Source: Pseudothermotoga sp.
GTDB taxonomy: Bacteria > Thermotogota > Thermotogae > Thermotogales > DSM-5069
Assembly (NCBI GenBank): GCA_031962025.1
Contig: JAVRKW010000002.1
Strand: one strand, 5' to 3'
Length of the DNA: 64,000 bases
Shown here: positions 57,900 through 64,000 of the stretch, one piece after another
How the letters are laid out: each line of letters begins with the position of its first letter
Numbering within the stretch: the first letter of the stretch is position 1
Notes under the pieces: model-generated
What the model was told of the DNA's origin: nothing
What the model saw: the letters and a program-made list of their open reading frames with translations, nothing else
Databases searched by the model: none
Made by a program: the position numbers and the translations under genes

Positions 57900-59391
57900 A
57901 ATGCCCTCGTATCTATGGGCAAGTTATGCGGTCATACTCAAAGTTTTGAGCAGTATTTTGGCGCTTTTTTCTTTGATTTTGCTTATTCCTGTGGGTTTTT
58001 CTCTTGTGTATCGTGAGTTTTCTGTCATACCCGCTTTTTTGATAAGTTCAGGTCTTTCATTAGTTCTCTATTTTATCTTTCGTATTAAACAGCGTTCAAG
58101 AAAGATGGATGTGATAACTTCAAAAGAAGGCGCTGTGATCGTACTTCTTTCATGGCTGCTTGTGATATTTCTGTCAGCAATGCCGTATGTCCTTGCAAAA
58201 ATTCTCAGTCTTTCCCGAGCCATTTTTGAGGCAACAAGCGGCTGGACAACGACAGGACTTACAGTGATCTACGATGTTGAATCCGCACCAAGGACAATAC
58301 TTTTCTGGCGCAGTCTCACTCAGTTTCTTGGTGGAGCTGGATTTGCAATTATCGTCATGGGAGCAATAATAGGGCCAACAGGACTTGGACTGTACCAAGC
58401 CGAAGGGCGAGTGGATAATATAGTACCGAATATCAGACACTCAGCCAGAATCATCATGATATTTTATGTTGTTTATGCCGGTGCTGGAACAATCGCTCTG
58501 AAGATAGCAGGTATGAATCTTTTTGATGCTTTAAACCACTCTTTGACCGCGCTTGCCACAGGTGGATTTTCAACAAAAAACAACAGCATTGGTTTTTTTA
58601 ACAACGTAGGTGTTGAAATAGTCACAATGATTCTGATGTGGCTTGGAGCAACCGGATTTGGTATTCACTACGCATTCTGGCAGAGAAACTGGCAGGCTTT
58701 GAAGAAAAATCCCGAGCCAAAACAGATGGCTTTTCTCACCGCTACTTCGGTTTTAATCCTCACCAGTGCCGGTCTGGGAAGAGTTTTTCCCAACATCTGT
58801 GAAGGCTTTAGACACACACTGTTTCAGGTTGTTTCAGCGCTCACCGGTACAGGTTTTTCAACAGTAGATCTGAGAAAATGGCTTGATTTTCCACCTGCAA
58901 TATTCATCCTGACCGTTCTCATGCTACTCGGTGGTTGCATGGATTCCACTTCAGGTGGTATAAAACAATACAGAATAGCTGTGTTATTGAAGGCACTGGT
59001 TCTTTCAGTCAAAAGATTTGTGCTTCCAAGAAATGCAGTGGTGCAGATTGAAATATGGAAAGGCAGTAACAAAAGATACCTGGATGACTCTCTGATTAAA
59101 GAAGCTTTTTTGGTGTCGAACCTTTATATTCTTTCTTTTGTAATCGGTTCGGCAGTTTTAACGACGTACGGTTATAGAATCTCTGAATCTATCTTCGAAT
59201 TCGCCTCGGCACTTGCCGGTGTGGGACTTTCAACTGGAATCACAAGTTATTCGATGCCAGATGGCGTGCTCTGGACTCTGGTAAGCGGTATGTTTCTTGG
59301 AAGATTGGAATTTCTGGTGATCATCTATGCGCTCAGTAAGATATTGAGAGACATTTCAATGGCTCTTCAGCGACAAAAAACTGCTGTGTGA
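57892..59391 (+). CDS. trkH: TrkH potassium uptake membrane protein
   Basis: FEATSGWTTTG, TQFLGGAG, ATGGFS, TGTGFS, STSGGIK, GVGLS, GRLE. Confidence 0.92.
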   Translation: MNEMPSYLWASYAVILKVLSSILALFSLILLIPVGFSLVYREFSVIPAFLISSGLSLVLYFIFRIKQRSRKMDVITSKEGAVIVLLSWLLVIFLSAMPYVLAKILSLSRAIFEATSGWTTTGLTVIYDVESAPRTILFWRSLTQFLGGAGFAIIVMGAIIGPTGLGLYQAEGRVDNIVPNIRHSARIIMIFYVVYAGAGTIALKIAGMNLFDALNHSLTALATGGFSTKNNSIGFFNNVGVEIVTMILMWLGATGFGIHYAFWQRNWQALKKNPEPKQMAFLTATSVLILTSAGLGRVFPNICEGFRHTLFQVVSALTGTGFSTVDLRKWLDFPPAIFILTVLMLLGGCMDSTSGGIKQYRIAVLLKALVLSVKRFVLPRNAVVQIEIWKGSNKRYLDDSLIKEAFLVSNLYILSFVIGSAVLTTYGYRISESIFEFASALAGVGLSTGITSYSMPDGVLWTLVSGMFLGRLEFLVIIYALSKILRDISMALQRQKTAV

Positions 59392-61287
59392 TTGATCTTT
59401 TAAATACATCGCCCATCCTGCCGCCGGTCTGTCATCAACAGAATACAAAATCAACCGGTCATTTGACAGGACATAGACCGTTCCGTCTTTTGACATCACC
59501 GGGTGGGCTGTCGGTGACCAGGTAAGTACCTGACTGTCGATTATTCTGAAATTTTGATCGAGCAATATGATCTCTTTTTTCGTAAAGACGATTACCCTGT
59601 CTTTTTCAGTGAGAATGATACTGATAGGATCTTCAAATCTTCTTGTTCCAGTAACTTTACCAGACAGATCAATTGAATACACCGTCCCCATCTGGTCAAA
59701 ACAGAATATCGATCTGCCGTTACTGACAGCGTAATTTACAAGTGAGCTGTCCGCTGAAAACGTCCAGAGCACCTTGGCAGAAGAAAGGTCGACAGCGTAC
59801 AGCTTTGAATTGTTCACCACAAAGGCATTTTTCTCAGTTAAAGCAATGGCACCCCGTTTGCTGAACTCTAAGTAAACTGTCCAGACTAAATTGCCAGAAA
59901 AATCCGTCAATCTCAATATACCAAGCCAATCAAGTGTGAGTATTCCAAAACTCTCATGAACCGCAGCAGGACACACAAGCCAGTTCCCCATGTTGAATCT
60001 CCACAGTTCATTTCCAGCAGAATCAAAATGTACGAGTAAACCTTCATCATCTGCGATTACAAATCCCTGAGGTGTGATTGAAGCCGGAAGACTTATGTTT
60101 GCACTGGTTTTGAGTCTTGTGATCTTTTCTCCGATTAAATAGACGCTTTTATCCCACGATCCTGTTATCACAGTACCATCTTGCATCAAAACTGGGTCAC
60201 TTGTGGTGATAAAACAAACCTTCTGCGAAGAAGTTTTCGCGGTATCCAAGTTGAGAGTTATCAACTCGCCGGTCATGGTAGTTGAATAAACATTCCTGTC
60301 ATAGACAGCACAGGATGTGTTCACAGAAAATGGAAGCTTGTATTCGGCAATTTTCTCGATCTGCTTTCTTTCAGCTTTGGGGATTTCAACTGGCTCAATT
60401 TTCTTTTGTTCAGTCGTCTGTGGTTTTGCTGTTATAGACACCGTCTTTGAAAACACCACATTTGAAGAAAAACTCTGCAGTAACTTCATGCTCGAAAACA
60501 GAACATTCACAATCCTTATGTTCCCATCCTTTGTGACGGCATAGACATAATCATTGTAAGAACTGATGAATTTTGCATTAACGGCAAGTGTATCCGAGAT
60601 CTTGAAGGTTTGTAAAGGCACCAATCTGAGAATTCCATTCAAGTCCAGTAAAAGTAAACTGTCTCTGATTTTGATCACCTGACTAAAAACACCATTGAAA
60701 TTACTCTCTTTTTCATAAACTGGATATCCATCGTTGAATCTCATCATATAAAATCTGTTCTTGGTCCACGCAAAAAGATAATCATCAACAACCTGAATGC
60801 CCAAAAATGAGTCCGATCCAGACAGCTCCCAGACTCTGTTCATAGTCTTCGTATAACCCACTATCTTGCCGCTTGAGTGGAGTATGATGATGAAATTTGC
60901 GTAAGAATCTACTCTGAGAACCTTTTCAGCAAAGGTATAACTGCGTTGCAAAATCAGGTCTTTTGTGTACATCGACATCCTGTATTCAGAGAAAACATAC
61001 AGATTGTCTAAAAGCAGTATATCAAAAGCCTTTTCATTCAAAGTGACACTGTTGATTTTTTTGAGAGAAGAATCGTACGATTCTATCTGAGATTGAGACA
61101 GAACATAAATCGTATCTGATTGATTGACGGCTTTGATGGGATTATTCACCTGTACAGAAGCCGTCTTTAAAGGCACAAGAGGTATCGAAATATCGTAAAG
61201 CTCAAGGCTTGAATCAGTTGCGACCAGCAGGTATTGTCCAAAAGCCATAACCGCCAACAGGGAAAAGAATAGAACGGCTGATCTCAT
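59356..61287 (-). CDS. Secreted PQQ-like beta-propeller repeat protein
   Basis: Signal peptide from ATG 61287; GNELWRF, GNLVWTV, AKVLWTF repeats. Confidence 0.7.
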   Translation of the reverse strand: MRSAVLFFSLLAVMAFGQYLLVATDSSLELYDISIPLVPLKTASVQVNNPIKAVNQSDTIYVLSQSQIESYDSSLKKINSVTLNEKAFDILLLDNLYVFSEYRMSMYTKDLILQRSYTFAEKVLRVDSYANFIIILHSSGKIVGYTKTMNRVWELSGSDSFLGIQVVDDYLFAWTKNRFYMMRFNDGYPVYEKESNFNGVFSQVIKIRDSLLLLDLNGILRLVPLQTFKISDTLAVNAKFISSYNDYVYAVTKDGNIRIVNVLFSSMKLLQSFSSNVVFSKTVSITAKPQTTEQKKIEPVEIPKAERKQIEKIAEYKLPFSVNTSCAVYDRNVYSTTMTGELITLNLDTAKTSSQKVCFITTSDPVLMQDGTVITGSWDKSVYLIGEKITRLKTSANISLPASITPQGFVIADDEGLLVHFDSAGNELWRFNMGNWLVCPAAVHESFGILTLDWLGILRLTDFSGNLVWTVYLEFSKRGAIALTEKNAFVVNNSKLYAVDLSSAKVLWTFSADSSLVNYAVSNGRSIFCFDQMGTVYSIDLSGKVTGTRRFEDPISIILTEKDRVIVFTKKEIILLDQNFRIIDSQVLTWSPTAHPVMSKDGTVYVLSNDRLILYSVDDRPAAGWAMYLKDQSHSSFLSLKSH

Positions 61288-61318
61288 AAGCGCACCTCGA
61301 AAACAAATTTCTCTTTGA

Positions 61319-62467
61319 TTATACACGATCATATTTTGTACTCAAAACCATTTTCTTATGCAACGAATAAGTCAAAAGTGCATTCATTAGATAAAACATG
61401 GCGCTTATCAAGAGCAGTTTTTTGTAATCGGAGCTGTCATTCACTATATAACCATATAAAAGTGCAGCAACAGCACGTGATGAATTGTTCAAAAGATTAC
61501 CAATTCCATTTGTTATGGAAAGATACTGCACAGGCAGATTGGAGAAAATAAGGACTGAAAAAATGGGACTGACCATATTCATCAGCATGAATCTAATTAT
61601 ATAAAGCAAACAGAATATAACTGGATTTCTAATAAAGGCTAAAGAAATCATCAATGGAACAACGAAGGTATAACAGAAAAGCAGAACCCTCGTCGATCCA
61701 AAACGCTTTTCAAGAGAATGGTTCATCACCCCACCAACTCCAGTTGCCACCTGGGTCAGCGCCATCACAAGACCGATAATAGTCGTTGACATGGCAAAAA
61801 GGTCGTTGAGCATGAGATTGCCAAAACTTATGAACAGACCGGCTCCAAAACCAACGAATAGATTGGAGAGCAGGTAATACCACAGGATATCTTTTTGAAG
61901 AGAACTGAACTGAATCTTCTCCAGAATCTGCTGATTGGTCGTTGAGAGTTTTTTCACTGTCAAAAAACTCGTGCTGTAGATAATGGCACCCAGTAACATC
62001 GTTGATCTTAAACCAACAACATCGCTGATTGCACCGCCAAGCAAATTTCCAAACACTCCCGTGATCATCGAAATAGAGAAATTGGAGCCGAAAAGAACAA
62101 CCCTGTTCTTTGCAGGAGTCGAAACGATCATTGAAGCTGTTATGATAATCGATATCGCCGAAGATACAGCGCCAGATGCAAAATTCAAAACCACCTGCCA
62201 CTCTGCACTGAGCAGGAAAATCCTGAGAAACTGAGTCAGCACCTGAACAAGCAGCAAAAACTGTAAAAACCTTTTCTTGTCGACCTTATCGATGAGAAAA
62301 GAAAGGAATGTACCAAGAACTGCCGAACCCCACAGTCCAGCCGAAGTAACCTTCCCTATTTCAAGATTGCTCAAACCACTATATCTCAAAAACAAATTGA
62401 AAACCACACCGTAGATCTGTCCTGCAAAACTTGTTATGGCCGTGAATATGTAGAAGTACACTATCAA
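61319..62467 (-). CDS. MFS transporter
   Basis: About 12 TMs, VGFGAGLF, RFMLMNMVSP. Confidence 0.82.
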   Translation of the reverse strand: MIVYFYIFTAITSFAGQIYGVVFNLFLRYSGLSNLEIGKVTSAGLWGSAVLGTFLSFLIDKVDKKRFLQFLLLVQVLTQFLRIFLLSAEWQVVLNFASGAVSSAISIIITASMIVSTPAKNRVVLFGSNFSISMITGVFGNLLGGAISDVVGLRSTMLLGAIIYSTSFLTVKKLSTTNQQILEKIQFSSLQKDILWYYLLSNLFVGFGAGLFISFGNLMLNDLFAMSTTIIGLVMALTQVATGVGGVMNHSLEKRFGSTRVLLFCYTFVVPLMISLAFIRNPVIFCLLYIIRFMLMNMVSPIFSVLIFSNLPVQYLSITNGIGNLLNNSSRAVAALLYGYIVNDSSDYKKLLLISAMFYLMNALLTYSLHKKMVLSTKYDRV

Positions 62468-62599
62468 AACACTCCCTGACAGTTGAAATTATACTTTTTA
62501 TGTGAAGACCTGAAGGTTGCAAAAGAAAAAAATTCATATTGCAACTAAAATTTCCAATATGTTGATTTAAAATATAATACAGAAAAACAATATAGAAAA

Positions 62600-62746
62600 T
62601 ACTCAGGGTCAAGGGAACACCGGTGAAAATCCGGGACTGCCCAGCAACCGTGAGCAGGGACGAAAGCCACACAATGCCACTGGCTGAACGGCTGGGAAGG
62701 CGTGGTCAGTAGGAAGATCTGCGAGTCGGGAGACCTGCCCTGAGTA
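62600..62746 (+). ncRNA. Cobalamin riboswitch
   Basis: P1 TACTCAGGG/CCCTGAGTA; AAGGGAA-CCGGTGAAAATCCGG-ACTGCCC-GCAACCGTGA, GCCACTG, GGGAAGG and B12 box GAGTCGGGAGACCTGCC; upstream of cobT. Confidence 0.95.
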
Positions 62747-62813
62747 ATCTTGTTCCCGAGAGCTTGGGCTCGATGGGAAATTTCGTTTTTTAAGCACAGA
62801 GCGAGGTGAAAAA

Positions 62814-63851
62814 ATGTTTGATCAAGAGTCTTTTAAAAAGTCAATCGTTGAGAGACTGAACAGTTTAACAAAACCAGTTAAAAGCTTGGGGTATCTTGAA
62901 GAGATTGCGATAAAAATTGGACTCATCCAAAGAAAGGTTATTCCCGACCTGCCAAAAGACAAAAGAGTCTATGTTTTTGCAGCAGATCATGGTGTTGCTG
63001 TGAATGGTGTCTCAGCCTATCCGAAAGAAGTCACATATCAGATGGTACTCAATTTTCTCAACAAAGGAGCGGCTATAAACGTGTTTTCAAAGCATGTGGG
63101 GGCAAGTGTTTACGTTGTTGACGCGGGTGTCGATGCAGATTTTGATATACAGGACAGATATTTTATTCGAGCGAAAATCGACTATGGAACAAGAGATTTC
63201 ACAAAAGGTTCGGCTATGACGGCAGATCAAGCAGAAAAATGCATCGAATACGGTAAAAAAATAGCCAAACAAGCCATTGATGAAGGCGCAGATCTTTTGA
63301 TTGTAGGTGATATGGGAATAGGAAATACAACTACTGCCTCGGCAATAGCTGTGGCTTTTGGGTTTGATGTCGAAGATATTCTGGATATTGGAACACCTCT
63401 CGATGAAAGAGGCTTAAAGATCAAAAAAGAAGCAATTTTAAAAGCCATAGAAAAAAACAGACCGAACAAAAATGATCCACTCGACGTGCTTAAAAAAGTT
63501 GGTGGTTTTTGCATCGGACAAATGGCTGGCTTTATCCTTGAAGCAACAGAAAGATCTATCCCGGTGGTAGTAGATGGTTTTCCAACGACGGCAGGTCTTT
63601 TGATTGCCTGGAAGATGAAACCACAGGTCAGTGATTATGTTTTTGCCGGGCACAAATCGGCTGTCAGAGGTCACAAAATCCTGCTTGATGCTATGGGATT
63701 GAGACCAATACTGGACCTTGATATGAGACTCGGTGAAGGTACAGGCGCTGTGTTATCGGTTCCAATTATCGAAGCAGCGATAAAAATGATCAGAGAAATG
63801 GCGACATTCGAAAGCGCTAAGGTTTCCAAAGGAAGTGATCAATCGATATGA
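62814..63851 (+). CDS. cobT: Nicotinate-nucleotide-dimethylbenzimidazole phosphoribosyltransferase
   Basis: LTKPVKSLG.LE, FAADHG, VSAYP, GDMGIGNTT, MRLGEGTGA. Confidence 0.95.
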   Translation: MFDQESFKKSIVERLNSLTKPVKSLGYLEEIAIKIGLIQRKVIPDLPKDKRVYVFAADHGVAVNGVSAYPKEVTYQMVLNFLNKGAAINVFSKHVGASVYVVDAGVDADFDIQDRYFIRAKIDYGTRDFTKGSAMTADQAEKCIEYGKKIAKQAIDEGADLLIVGDMGIGNTTTASAIAVAFGFDVEDILDIGTPLDERGLKIKKEAILKAIEKNRPNKNDPLDVLKKVGGFCIGQMAGFILEATERSIPVVVDGFPTTAGLLIAWKMKPQVSDYVFAGHKSAVRGHKILLDAMGLRPILDLDMRLGEGTGAVLSVPIIEAAIKMIREMATFESAKVSKGSDQSI

Positions 63852-64000
63852 TCACTCTCATAACAGGTGGAATAAAATCTGGAAAAAGCTCATTTGCTCT
63901 AAGGTATATTCTGGGGAAAAACTACAGAAAAAGGGCATTTTTGGCAACAGGAGTTGCCTCTGATGAGGAAATGAAACAAAGAATAGAGAAGCACAGAAAA
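63848..64000 (+). CDS. cobU: Adenosylcobinamide kinase/guanylyltransferase, truncated by the window edge
   Basis: MITLITGGIKSGKSSFA...FLATG...DEEMKQRIEKHR; ATGA overlap with cobT. Confidence 0.9.
   Translation, partial: MITLITGGIKSGKSSFALRYILGKNYRKRAFLATGVASDEEMKQRIEKHRK

Noticed and set aside
1..64000. The many 60-250 aa ORFs antisense to or nested in called genes (e.g. 42858-43613, 16743-17252, 28256-28744)
   Set aside because: Shadow frames of well-supported genes, with no family motifs or convincing SD.
1..64000. CRISPR arrays, tRNA/rRNA, IS elements, prophage or defence genes
   Set aside because: No regularly spaced repeats, cloverleafs or transposase/integrase motifs seen by eye; short divergent elements could have been missed.

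Overview
A gene-dense bacterial chromosomal segment with Thermotogota hallmarks (fused PyrBI, CBM41 type I pullulanase, biotin-domain-less OadA/PycB, cobT-cobU salvage genes behind a cobalamin riboswitch); a Pseudothermotoga-like organism is inferred, not proven. Most of the window is housekeeping and transport: an MCP, a ugp-like ABC system, a purine-salvage ABC operon, two diguanylate cyclases, gdhA and trk genes. No tRNA, rRNA, CRISPR array or transposase was recognised. The best candidate for an undescribed system is a ten-gene minus-strand cluster at 34836-45324. It encodes a domain-permuted B12-dependent aminomutase-like enzyme (B12 domain fused N-terminally to an OraE/KamD-like TIM barrel), a free-standing dimerization-domain-like subunit, a KamB-like reactivase, DapF, meso-DAP dehydrogenase, a transporter, a Cys-rich GidA-like flavoprotein, a SelA-like PLP enzyme, RidA and a DauR/YheO regulator with paired operator-like boxes. 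Other observations: a conserved SD-hairpin-start motif in front of two unrelated genes, two probable CTG starts, a GlpP-type antitermination leader, a pyrL-like attenuator, an SSS transporter with tandem winged-helix domains, an AcpS-FolK fusion and two genes interrupted by in-frame stops. All homology calls are from motif recognition by eye and recalled family sequences; no searches were run.
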